A stretch of 63,486 nucleotides of DNA, counting the filler, from Collodictyon triciliatum (lineage: Eukaryota): assembly GCA_043381765.1 (NCBI GenBank). It is 7 parts of 7 records of this genome, joined end to end, with 100 filler letters (N's around TTAATTAATTAA, not from the genome) between each part and the next. Parts side by side here need not be neighbours in the genome. Positions count along the whole stretch, not along the records: positions 25,019 to 37,430 come from JBHJMP010002179.1; positions 37,531 to 45,979 come from JBHJMP010002181.1; 5 more parts are not named here. One strand, 5' to 3'. Under the pieces are notes generated by a model. The model worked only from the letters and a program-made list of their open reading frames with translations, was not told where the DNA came from and searched no databases. Positions 25,182-38,147 of this stretch are shown piece by piece. Position 1 is the first letter of the stretch; every line of letters starts with the position of its first letter. The translations under genes were made by a program, and so were the position numbers.

Positions 25182-28100
25182 ATGTCTTCGACCGGATCCA
25201 CAACAACCCCACGCCCACGTCCTCCGTCCACACCTCGTCGCCCAGCAAACACGCCGGAGGCCGAAGCAAAGACGCCGTTTTCTGTCAGGGACATGATGGT
25301 GGTCGGTTGCTCTTTGATTTCTCTGCCGATGTAGCCTCACTCACCCCACTATGCAGCCCTCTTCGACTTGAGACAACAGGTCGCACGGTCTTTATGGCTG
25401 GCTGATCTGCGTTTTTTGCAGGGAACGCACTCCTTTCCTCACACACCGCCCGGTTCTGCGAGCCAGCACTACTCGGTCAACAAACTGGTCAAGAAGCTCG
25501 CACAGAATTCCGCGTCGCCCGCCGCAACAGCACTTTCAACTTCGTCGGATGTTAGTTCCCCATTACCTCTTTAACCAGTTTTAACTTTACTCTCCCATGG
25601 GCGGGGCACTTTAGCCATCATCTGGCTGGTCTAGCTTCATAGTCTTTTCCTTTTGGCCCAATAGTTATTTAGTTTGTCATTAGCAATTACTTATCACTTA
25701 ACACTTACAAACACCTTGGCTCCAGCAGCACTCTCGAGACATTTCCTACCTTACAGACCGGCAGCACCACGGATATTACATTCCAAAGAGACCCGGATCA
25801 GCCCCAGACTCTGTCGTGAATCTTCCTTCAAGTAAAATGCCAAAGCAGTTTCAAGTTTCTCAAATATGCAGTAAGTATTTCGTTTTTTTATATATATTTT
25901 TTTATGATTTTCATTCTCGCACCCCGGAAACATTTACTTTGTTCAGGTTCTGCTTATGAATGTTGGAAGCCAAATTGTAAAGATTGAATTAATTATACTA
26001 GTGGACCCAGCAACAGCGCGGGGTTCCTACTGGGATGGTATGCTTATTTTTAAATATAGCTCTTTGGATTCTTGCAAATTATGCTATGAAAAATGACTGC
26101 AGATGCATAAAAAAAACGCTCTATTTTCGATATTTTCAAATCAAACAACTGCTTTGTCTCACACCCAATCCTTTCTACGATTTGGGTTACATGAAAAATA
26201 AGATGAGAGAAAAGCTTGGCAGCAAGTCGTCTTCCCGTCCTTGGTACCAGCAGGGAGATCTGAAGTATGAGTGCAGAATAGACCACCATTTTATCATACA
26301 CTAGATAAATTCAACTGAAGTTTATGATATTCCTTTTTGGATGCAAAGTAAGATTTCCTTCTATCTCAGGTTCTGATTTTGGAGGACTGCTTTGACCAAA
26401 TGCTCTCTGACTGGGAACAGAAGACCAAATCAGATGCGTCGGATAAAGTCTTGAGCATTGGTAGGAAAACTTCTCTCATTTTTTGATTGAGTTGATACTG
26501 GAATCCGGATATATGATTATGTTTGGTTATGCTTGGATTTAGTTTGTGAAAATCGCATACGACGATACAGTATCAAAACCGCTGTCTGATTCTTGTACAA
26601 ATTCTAATTGCAGAGGAGTTTGAAGCAGCAAAAAAGATATATGTCACTTGTTTCTCGGAAATTGTGAGACAAGTCTCGGTCCAGTGTGTAGAGAGAGGAA
26701 GGTTATTAACCAGAATGTGGAACGCCTTTGTAGGAATCAACGATCGTCAGAGACAAGTACTTTTCATTTCAAACTAATTTATACCATTTTAAAAATCAAC
26801 TTCTTTCAAAGTCGCTTGTTTTGGACCTTAAATTTTTCCGAATAGCTGAATACCTTTTCATTCATAATTCAAATACATCTCTTTCCTCCAGTATATTCTG
26901 ACCTTGATGGATCAACTTCAAAGTCAGCTTTCTACAGGTTCAGCTCTTGAATATTTTTATTCAAAAATCAAAAATCAAAAATCAAAAATCAAAAATCAAA
27001 AATCAAAAATCAAAAATCAAAAATCAAAAATCAAAAATCAAAAATCAAAAATCAAAAACACAATAGATGGTACCTTATTCGAGTATTGGCGCATAAGCTC
27101 TCTGAATTTTATATGTAGTATCCAAAGACCACCACGAATCCGCTCAAAATTTCCATTCAGCCTCTGTTGAATACGCCAATGAAATTCGTAGATTGAAAAA
27201 CGCTCTGGAAAAGTTAATACAATTTTTTTATATTTTTTACATGACATCTGCATATTATAAGTCCTTTACAGACCACTTCCATTTCCAAATTGTACCCATT
27301 TACAGTCTCTAATGCTGTAATCGCAGGTTGAGCGCCGAAAACGACGACCTTATGGCTAAATATCAGCACACGAAAAAAATCGCAGAGGATGCGGCACAGT
27401 GGAAAGTATATAATTATGTTGTGTATCCTATCTATTACCTCAATATATATAAATTTACATAAAAATAGAAATAAAGATCAAAAGCAAATGTTTCAATTAC
27501 ACAAACGAATTTAACAGGAAGCAAACGAAAGGTCACTGGAGATACAAGCAAAATACCAGGAGCTTCTTGACCGTCTCCGTTAGTACCTTCTGTTTCTATT
27601 TCTTTTATCAATTTTTTTCAAACTGAATTGATATTCATAACCAAGGTATTGATACATGCCAATTTAAATTCTTCTGCAGCTTCTTTCTTTAAATTTTCTC
27701 TGTGGTAACTCACAAAACCACCCAAAATATAGATGAATACGCTGAAGTTTTACGCGAAACAAATGTGGACACTGCACCTTCTTTGCCTCAGATGGGTGGA
27801 AATGGGAGAGGAAGGGAGGACTTTGATTTTGGAAGAGTAGATGGTTCAGAGGATTTTAAAAGGTATTTAAGAGGTTTTATTCCTTTTATATTCAGCAAAA
27901 GTCTCCAAAGTCACACACATCTTTCAATCAAAACAACGAAATTCTTGCCATTTAAGATAATTCAACTTATGAATACCGAAGCTCCAAGGGCTACGGGCTG
28001 GAAGGTGGACCATATAACAGACTTCCTATCTACCGAAAGGATATGGACTATCTTAAAAATCTGGTCAGGATGCAAAAGAAGAAACAAGAATTAGAGGCTG

Positions 28101-31100
28101 CTGCTCGATTAGAGAGACAAAAACAGTGGGAAAGAGTGAACGAAAACCTTCTAGAAGGTAATAATATAACTGACTTATCTGAGCGAATGCTCCATTACTC
28201 CAGCGTATACGATAAAAAGAACTGTCATCTTAAAAAGTAGATCACTCATTAAATGTTGTTCATAATATTTTTTCAACACAATTATAGAACTGGCTCGCTT
28301 AAGGAAACTGCAGGGTGAAAAACACTCTGTAGAGACTTTTGAAATTAGCACTCAAACTCATAATGAAGAAAAAGGTACACCACCAAACGTTTATCTATTC
28401 CAAAAATAGTTTCATCCTATATCTATCCTGGGATAATCAATGTGGTTTATCATTCCGCGAATCCTCCTCACATTAATATAACTTTTCAGCACAAGAGAAA
28501 ATGCCTGATGAATCGAACGATGTGTATGTTTTTTCTTCTCTTAGCCTTTGCCACTGTTTTTAAGCTAATTTAATTACCCAAATTTCATACCAACGCAGAT
28601 ATTGTGAGATTGAAGCATCGTCTGGTAATGCTAAAAACATTTGTGAACAGCTTGTCAGACTTAAAATGATGCTTATTTTCCAAAACAAACCCTCAAACAG
28701 ACCTCCCTCTTTGTATTCTTCGTCATAATATTCATGAAATAGTCAAGGCTGTAACAAAAATTCTCAAAATTTATATAGTTGTCGATGCCACACAACCAGC
28801 CGATAAAACCAAGGTTTAGTTATATTTAAATCTTATGTGTGCGTTGAGGGGAAATATTAATTGATTATTACCTATACAATTGTCTGTTTATTAATGGTAT
28901 TTCGCCCTTTATTCCTTCTGGATATGGATGCAGCTATTCCAGAATGCAAATCCTCATGCAAACCAAAAGTTGCTTGCCAAAGTTTGGAAAGGTTTATTCA
29001 TCACATCCCAGCTTCTATCTCGTTTATGACTTTGACATGTTAAAATTGTTCTAGTAGAATCATTTTTTTTCGTTATGCGAATAAACTAATATGATCTGTT
29101 GCATTTTATTCTGGATAATTTAAGGTAGTGGTACACCCTTACCTATTAAAGCACTTTTGAAGCTGATTAGTAACATTTACCAAGAAAAAATGGCCGCAGA
29201 CGAAATTGACGATCGGTATATACACTTTCTTAACACGTATTTGCCCAATTTACTGCCAAATTTCTAATAAATAAACTTTACACATGAAAGGGAACATCAC
29301 ACACGGCAGCCGATGCCCGAATTTATATACGATTTCTTTATTAACAAATATGGACTAAGAAACCTGGCTGAAAATGTACTTTAATCTTTTTATGAAAAAT
29401 CTTTGGAATTAAAAACAGCATGTAATAAATAGACATCCCGCTCAAACTAATAACTTGCCATTAGCACGTAATTAACCTCTTCGCCTCACTGAATAAGTAC
29501 CGAAATGAAAATGTTCGAGTTCAAGTGTTTGCGAATTTTTGTGGGGTAAAACAATACAACTAGTATTACGCTCTTTTCATTATCTTGTTTATCCATGTTC
29601 AATTTCGTGTTTTGATATCAATACGATATCAACATGCCTGTAATAGGTTCTCCCCAAGGAAGTTTTATATCCCCGTAGTGCCGCAGATTTTTATCTGTAT
29701 CCTATTTAATTTTTTTTTTATTAGTTGTTTGTAATTTCTTGCGAACAAGTATCATAAACAGTTGATATATTTCACAGATCATGCATTCATAAATAAATTT
29801 CTGCATAGTTGTCTTTCGAAAATTTATCAGAGTAAACTTTGACGAAAAGATAGCACTGTTTATAGAAAGGTGCTGACCAGCCAAGTAGGCACTGGATTCG
29901 CCGAGACGGAAGATGGAGTGCTTTATGTCGTGCTACCAAGGGCACTCCAGATATTTTCAACGTTAGAATTCCATAACTGCCGATTTCATCCACATATATA
30001 CAAAGTCTGCATTACCCGCGACAAAAATATTTTCTCAACATCATTCTCTACTTCCCAACAGGGTTTTCCACCAAATGGACCCCGATCTTTCTCTTTTGAT
30101 TCAACAGAAAATTACTTCGATGGCGACAGATGTATCAGAGTAACCCTAAGCAAATATATTACATAAAAAAAATGTTAATTTGATAGAATCTTACTACAAA
30201 ATATCAACAGCTGTGCCCTTTCTCTTTTGAAATCGAGATTTTTTTTATTTATCTTTTATTCACTGATACATATATACACTCAAAAATAGAGAGCTGACGA
30301 CTCTGGTTGTTGTTAAAGCTAGAAGACCTGGAGAAGACATAGAATCAGTGACTTTCAGACCTGGGCGAAAGAAGACAACCACAGAAAAGGTTCCTTTTTA
30401 TGCTTATTTTTTTAAAAAGATTTCGATATTGAAAAGTTATGTAAGGTTATTCTATGCATGTCTTGGACAGTTAAGACCACTCTGTGAATTCGTAGGTTGT
30501 TGACATGGACAAGTTTTTTATGATTTGCCTGGAGGAGTGGTTCAAGTAAATATATTTTTCTAGGCTCTAATGCTGTGAATTCGTTTGTATATCATTTTCT
30601 TGATAGATTAATGATTGCTTGGTATTTCATTTGTAGTGCTCTTTCATTTTTTGATGATTCATTTTCATATGTGCAGTGAGAATGAAAGAAACAGCAAGTA
30701 CATGGAAGCTATGTTTCATGCAGCAGATGTTAGCGGTGATGGGTAAAATATATGTCTCACTAGATTGGTCATGTTTTTCATTGATAGTGCCACACACCGT
30801 TTTTTTATTATTATTATTATTTATTATTTATTTATGAAGATGCAAACTTAAAGGATAAAATCAACCACCAAATCAAATGCATAGTTTTCTCCAAACAAAC
30901 GAATTTCGGGCCTTAATTCAATATGTAGATCCGTTCTGTACAGAAAGACAAGTCTATACCTTTTTTTTTATTTTCTTCATATTCATCCTTAATACTCCAC
31001 TTTATTTCTCTGATAATATGAAGCATAAGCCAGACTCTTTGATTTTTATTTTGATTCATGCATTCCTATTTGACATCAGACTCGTTTTTTTCTTTTAACC

Positions 31101-32800
31101 AAGATACAATATCATGTTTTCTATGTAATTGGTGATAATGAAACCATTTCCATTCAGATAAACAGAATCTATTCCGATGCTGTTCGACACTCAGACATTG
31201 GAATTGATCTGGAGAACTTTTTGCGGGTATGAGAATTAGTCATGAATAAGTTACACCTGACACAAACACAGAACATCTTATTTCCTTTCATTGTCCTAGA
31301 GGCGAAGGCGGTTTCCTCGGCTTTGTTTTCTCTCAATAAACTGTTGAAAAGAAACCAAAAAAAAATCTTATTTCCTTTCATTTGTGTTTTTGATTGGCGA
31401 ATCAAACCATCTAAATTACCACGTATGCATTACAAAGGTAGCAAAAGAATATGGATTTGGAGCTGGAATCCACACTACCGGAACAACAACTACAGATAAA
31501 GCGGTTTCCTGAAAACTATATATATATATGAAATGAAAAATAACAGGATTAGGAGAAACTAGTTGACATCTAACGTGGCCATTTTGCTAAATCGTTCCAT
31601 AACAACCTATTTTAAGCAATACATTAACGTCTAGTTTAACCTGCTGAGTCAAAATTGGGCAATGTCCGAGGCCATCGTCGAGTATGGAATAAAAGTATAA
31701 TGGACCAATTTAAAAATCATACACGCCGAGATAAAGACAAATGAGCCAAACCTACAATCACAATAGCTGTTTTGCAAATCGATGACAATGAGCCGTTTCC
31801 AACACTATTACTGTAGTCATTTTGAAAAAAAAAAGAGCTTTCTTTTGTAGACACGCCTTTTAAACCGATGCTCTCCGTTGATTCTCTTAGGTTTGCAGAG
31901 AAAATGGAAAATTGGATGTAGTAGAGAGAATATTAACTCGAAAGGAAAGATTTTTCAAGGTAATTTTTACATCACTAATACCGAATTTTGTCCATGGAAG
32001 CCGACTGTATCTTATCTCAAAAGTCAACTTTTTTTTTGCCCACAAAGCTTTTGCATCGTTTGGCTTATGAAAAGTGACTATTTATTTACCGTGGCTAGAT
32101 TTACAGAGAGCGCACAGACGCAGAGTCTGCTTGGATTGCGTTCAAGGTTTTCAACACTTCTATCTGTCTTCTACTCATAGGAATACACACGAATAAAAAA
32201 AATGCCGGCAGCATTCTTAAAAACCTGCCTCATGCACTCATAAAATAGTTGATCAACACACGTCTGTATTCAGCATCCATTCTTTCTCTTAGTTACTCAT
32301 TTTTCTAAAAAAGAGCTTTCTTCCAACTTTTCAGATGCTGATGGTTGATGTGGCCAATGTCAAAAGATATAATATGCAGGTGAGCCTCTCTTTGTGTAAA
32401 CAAATGAAATAGAAATCGGACCAAATGAACCTCAGTAGGCATCTCCATATAATATGTATGAGACAACACTACTTCTGTTTATACATGTGATTGTTCAGGA
32501 AAGAAAGCAGTTTGTCGTCATGCCGTTGCAAGCACCCACGCCTAACTCTGGGTACTGACATGTTTAATCCGTGCATACTATTTCATTTATAATCATTTGA
32601 TTCTGCCAATGATTATTCGAAGTCAAACCCTAAAGGGCACTATTTGCCGAAATCACATCTGCTTCACTCAATGCGTCATCACGCACCAGTCGCAGGAAAT
32701 CGTCAGGCATGCGAAGTTCAAACGCAACTCCTCAGCCGCCAGAGGAATATAATTCGGCTACCCCAACACCAAAACAAATACCGGAATGAAGAGACAAGAA
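25182..32800 (+). CDS. Axonemal dynein light chain (p28/AXDND1-like) domain + coiled coil + C-terminal EF-hand protein; both ends approximate
   Basis: Exon at about 26614-26756 IYVTCFSEIVRQVSVQCVERGRLLTRMW matches the p28 family pattern (CFxELIRQVxxxCxERG). Coiled-coil exons follow, then LLKLISNIYQEKMAAD..MPEFIYDFFINKYGL..RVQVFANFCG and the EF-hand AMFHAADVSGDGFLQTNEF. Small in-frame exons continue to about 32.8 kb. Confidence 0.65.
26962..27057 (+). repeat. (AAAAATC)n intronic repeat
   Basis: Visible heptamer repeat. Confidence 0.95.
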
Positions 32801-32981
32801 AATTCAAAAGCCACTCTCACGTTAATCTGGCTACATACTAGCCATCGCAGCTCTGTTAATGATTATATCGTTAAAATAAACATAAACCTAGAAAAACAAA
32901 AAAAAAAAAAAGGCTTTTATATTGTTCGCACATTTCCCGTTAAATCACGCCACTGAGTCTTTATTCAAGGGTTCGTCACAC

Positions 32982-34542
32982 TCAAACCCACAGATTCTCA
33001 TCGATGGCTTCAATCGCAGAACGAAAGCGGTTCAATAGTCTTGTCGCTGGGTTCGACATACTCGAATCTTCACCTTCGAGACGAGGGTTGGTGTTCGAGA
33101 ATTCGATATCTGCGTGTTTTTTTGTCAATCCGGGTCGTATCTTTGTAATTTCATCAGCCAGCAAATCGGAGTTAAAGCTTACAGCAAATAGATTGTCCCG
33201 GATTCTTGGTCCGAGTTCTGACTCTGGTGTTGGTGGAAGCTCCCACCAAGCCTGGCGGAAATGGGGTTTGGAATGATTGCTTGGCCAGCTAAACGACTGC
33301 GGGGTTGAGTTTGCTCCAACTCGTATGGAACGGTTAGTGTCTGGCTCAACAGGCAACGCCTTTTGCTTGGGTAAAACATCTCGAAGCGGTTTGGATGTCT
33401 CGCTTGTTTTTGTTATTCCTGCTTTCTTTGCGTTGGCTTCATGAAGACCGCGAGAGCTCTGTCCATAGTGGAAGGATGAGGGGCATACACTTTGAGGCTT
33501 TCGACAGGCAGGTATGAAGCGAATGTCATCCTCAGTCACCCTTTCTTTCTCAACATATTGTTTGTGGCTCCGGTTTTCGCGAATGTTTGTCTCAAGATTG
33601 TTTCTCCGCAAATCGTCCTTGATATCTGGAGCCTTTCGATACAAATAATTAACGTCTGGTGGTGACGTTCGTTTGGACTCGTGAGTGCATGCAAAATGAT
33701 ATGCTGATGAATTTATCTCTTTTCCTTTTTGTTGATGACTTTGTGCTTTCTCACAATCGTAAGGTTCGAATAATTCCACAGTTGCTACGGGTTTGTCCCT
33801 TTTCTTGCGTGGTTTACTTTTCATTCGTTCGTTTGGTTTTGCCTTCGATGGGCAAATAGTGCGTGTAGAAAAAGCCTTAAACTCTGTGTTTGTTGCTTCA
33901 TCCTTAGTTGGTGCGAAGTCTTGGGACAAATCCGCTTGAATACAAACCTCACGATGTATCTTGGCAGAAGGCTTCTTGGTCACTTTGTTCAAGTCTGTGT
34001 CTGCAGTAGGCTTTTCGTGGCCTGAATAAATTTGAGTTACCAAAAAATTCTATCACACGTAATACATCAGCTTTAGGAGACAGATCAGGGTGTGCCCACG
34101 CCAATATTAACCGCACACTATTTTTTAAGTCCGTGCTCTCAGATTTAGCTTTGTGAATCAAAGTGCACTATTAAACCTATTATTTTTTTTTCAATTTTGT
34201 ATGCATAACCACATTCTGAGAGACATATGACATACCCTTCCCGCTAGCCTACATAAATTACATAGTATAGTACAAGTTGTTAGGCCCACGCGACGGAATG
34301 TGTCTGCATTATGAAAGAAATGACACACTAACTTGAATTTCTTCGGTCGAAACAATGCTATTCAGCTGGGCATGTGCTGCGTCGATTCTATGAAGTTGGT
34401 GATAAAATGAGCGCGTCAAGTACGCTCGAATTCTATCTGAAGTCCCAGCCAGGTCGGTAGATAAACGTTCAAGACGGTCCTCGGTGGACTGCAAAGAGGT
34501 CATCGTGGTTGACAGTTTGGACCGGAGCAAGAGTGAGTCCAT
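32982..34542 (-). CDS. Hypothetical protein: N-terminal coiled coil plus a long disordered final exon
   Basis: MDSLLLRSKL..DRLERLS.. first exon with a GT donor; 353-codon open last exon ending ..RLLNRFRSAIEAIDENLWV*. Confidence 0.6.
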
Positions 34543-35054
34543 TTGAGTGACGTTGTGACGAGAATAGGAGGGAAAGGGGCGTCCGAAGGGCGGGGTTGAT
34601 GTCAGATACTCTGTTATTTTTCCAAAAATAAAAGATGAAGGTAATGATGCAAGTGAGATTCAGAATGAGTTGCAGTTGCTTATAAGACATTGGAACTATC
34701 AGAAACCTCGCGTTTGTGGGATAGCGCCAGATCTTGAAATATCCAGGATGGGAGTCTCCTATTAAAGTAAATTATCCTGATTGCCGACAAAATTGCCAAA
34801 TATATTGCGTAAGAGGAATTAAAAACGATGGTGGCTAGCCTATGATTGATGATACTATTTTTCGATAAGATACGTGCAAAGAGAAAGAATGGTTGAACAC
34901 AGAAATGCACTGACATCAGCAATATGCCTTGAAATTGTGACATTAGGTCCGACGTAGTGGAAGTGTGGTGATGACAGCATTCACTACAGCAGTATATAGA
35001 CAGGTCAAAAGCCGAAGCGCACAATATAAGCTTCATAAATTCAAAATAAGAAGG

Positions 35055-35238
<184 letters not shown>

Positions 35239-36179
35239 ATTACAAATGAGTTTCTCTCTAATTATTCCAACCTTTCTGTATTTGACTTTTTTTTGCTGTT
35301 GTATTTTTATGTTGCACGGAGGAAGCGCACAGGGCCAAACCTACATTTACATTTAGACAGACTGTTTTTGTGAGGAGCACCATATGCCGCACGACTTATA
35401 TGCAACACACGGCCTCGGTGAAGAAGTCAGAGATATTCAGCTTCAGAAACACAACCACAAGAAGTCACGAAGGCCGAAAGAGATCGAAAAACCAATTATT
35501 CAACACAATTGCAAAAATATAAATAAAAAAATAAATAAAAGAGAACGATGAGTAATCAAATACAAGCAAAGACATGTTTGCACAGGCTTTTTTCTGGGGG
35601 CGTTGTGCAAAGATTGCATGCATGGCGCTTTTTTGGCTTCCCCTGCTGATCATGCACCAGAAGTTATGGAAAGTGGTAGAAAAACAAAACCAGACTACTT
35701 GATGCAATAGTTAATTGTCATATGAGTTGCGTGCGGGGAATATGGCAAACGATAACACGGGGTAGAGAAGCACTTTGAAAGACATACTATTAGTTCAGAA
35801 ATAGAGACGAAACTTTTTTTTTGTCCACAGCAGAGGCAAATAATCTAATATTTTTTTTATTCTAAAAGTCTTAGCTGTCGAGCCCGTCTCAACAATCCTT
35901 CAATCCACCATCAGGCAAGTAGTTCCAAAGTAGGTGGTGATGTGTGGGAGATAGAAAAGAAAAACAGGGATAAAAAAAAAGAAAAAAAAGGGAAAAGAGA
36001 GGTCCTTGAGGCTTGATAAGAGACGCATGGATTTCTTTTGGAGACGCGTGATAGTGTCCCGCGAGCATGAGAAAAAAAAAGGGACGGGTGATATTGATTG
36101 GATAGAGGAGGGGGAATACTGCTTTGATGGCGCAAGGTGTCGAAAAGGATGGTGAAAAGAGAAGTGAGGTTCGTTTGAT

Positions 36180-37430
36180 AAGCACTAGGTCGAGTGCAAA
36201 GAGGACTTCTCTGCATGGTTGACTCACCTCCTTCCAGACCGTATTAGGGTCTTTTCAGTAGGGGTTGTCGAAGGGATTTCTCCCTCTTGCTTGCAAAAGA
36301 AATCCTATGGCTATAAGCTTCCACTCCCTGGTGTCTCTCTCAACCAAGGTCGGGAGTTGTGGCTTTGTTACCGCAGGTCTTGCAAGTGGATTTGGTCAGC
36401 TATTTAGGACTCACGTGTCATGAGGTGTTAGCTGCCTGCAGTCTCCCGGCTCAGGAGTCTGTTAATGGGTTCGTTTGGGGTAGGGTATGGGTATGATGGT
36501 CGGTATACCCATAGAGGAGGTCAGGACTGATGCGAGGTATCCAGGAAAGGATGTTTGGTTTCAAATTGTTTTGACACTGGACGGGCTGTGAAATTGAGCA
36601 ACATTTCCACTCCCTCTTGAATAGCGTCTTCAGGAATCGGTCCTGAATGACTGAGGGAGCTGCCAAGATCGATAACTGTCTTAAAACCAAGTGTATCGCG
36701 AATCCTCCCAGGCGAAGGGAAAGAAAGATTATTTGTGATGCTTTTTTTTATTAACGTATTATAAATAAAAAAAAGCATCAATTTGAGCCACCCTTCAAGA
36801 TGAGGAACGTTAGTCCCTGATGCGCTCATAGGCAGAGCGCCGGGCCACACGTCAGCCTTTATTGCGGAGGTGGCTACCTCTGTCGGCTTTGCCTGTTTGA
36901 GGGTGCTGCGAAGTGTTGTCTGTTTGCAGACATCGGAGTTGCCGCTCGCCTTCGCTTGGGTGGCAATGGGCTCTGTTTGTGTCGGCTGTGGGGCAGCGTT
37001 GGGTGCGACTTAGGCTGTGAGCGTGCCTGCCGAGTTGGAGGGCACGTTTGGGTCATTGTCCGCGGTGGAAGGGGAGCCTCTTGTGGAGTCTTTGGAGTTG
37101 GCGATTTTTGCCTGGGTTGGTGTATGCGCTGACTCGGGAATCGGCGTGAGCTGTGATGTGGCTTCGCCTTTGTTGTGGCGCAGCGTCCAAATTTGGATGT
37201 GAGGGCGGGGAGGGCTGTGAAGCAAAGTCTCGGTCATTGGGGTTTGCCCGATTGGGCGAGCTTGTGGTCTCGCTGCGTGCGTCTTCCGCTAACTGCATAG
37301 CGCTGTCTAGCGGCAGCCGCAAGGAAGCGGACGAGTGAGGCTGGGGCGGGTGAGGCGACCTGTCGGGGAGGATGCGGAGGCGGCAGGGGATGCCGCGGAT
37401 GGGGAGGGAGGTGGGGACGCGGTGTGCGTC
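36180..37430 (-). pseudogene. Decayed GC-rich coding remnant with in-frame stops and frameshifts
   Basis: A protein-like frame is interrupted by TAA at 37010-37012 (..GTLTA*VAPNAAPQPTQ..), TGA at 36521 and TGA near 36255 (..NPFDNPY*KDPNTVWKE). Frame switches near 37170 and 36360. Confidence 0.45.
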
Positions 37431-37530
37431 NNNNNNNNNNNNNNNNNNNNNNNNNNNNNNNNNNNNNNNNNNNNTTAATTAATTAANNNNNNNNNNNNNN
37501 NNNNNNNNNNNNNNNNNNNNNNNNNNNNNN
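37431..37530. other. Artificial contig linker
   Basis: N44-TTAATTAATTAA-N44. Confidence 0.97.
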
Positions 37531-37550
37531 CTCTCTCTTCTCTCTCTCAC

Positions 37551-37625
<75 letters not shown>
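37531..37625 (+). repeat. (CT)n microsatellite
   Basis: Visible. Confidence 0.95.
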
Positions 37626-37628
<3 letters not shown>

Positions 37629-37631
37629 TAG

Positions 37632-37939
37632 TTCTCAAGGTTAGCAACACGCTCAATGATTATCTCAAAGTGCGGCGAGTGGAAGATCCGTGGAACGCGT
37701 ACTGCTGCTGCTGGATCGTAAATAAAGAAGCCTCAGGCAGGCACCTACTCTTCCTTTTCTCAGCGCATCTCTCTGGTCTTTGGGAGCAGCCTCTGCACTG
37801 GACGCACTCTGGCTTGATCCAAAGCTACCAAAGGAAAGCACACGACGCGATGGGGATCGGAGGGCTTTTGGCTGTCACGCTGGATACTTCGCGAATTGAA
37901 ATGCGTCCCATTCACCGTCTCTGGCAACTGCAATGGTAA
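37632..37939 (+). CDS. Probable last exon of a 5'-truncated gene of unknown function
   Basis: After a pyrimidine tract and TTAG acceptor, an open frame LKVSNTLNDYLKVRRVEDPWNAY...HRLWQLQW* with coding-like composition. Confidence 0.35.
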
Positions 37940-38147
37940 ATACTTTGACTCGCAGAGTACTCATCAGGAAACAAGAGTGCGTAAATAAACCCGAAAGCAA
38001 CAGGTCGTAGATATTGAGAAGAAGACGACGACGACTCTTTATGCGTGAGCGAATCGCCATGTAAGCCGGTTGGAAAGCCACACACCCCTCATTTGGGTTG
38101 GCTGTCCAGTGTGTTGCGAGTCTTAATCGCATTGCGGTTATACCGCA

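Noticed and set aside
36255-37012. Stop-codon reassignment suggested by in-frame TAA/TGA
   Set aside because: Intact genes end in TAA, TAG and TGA and their exons lack internal stops; the accompanying frameshifts point to pseudogenisation
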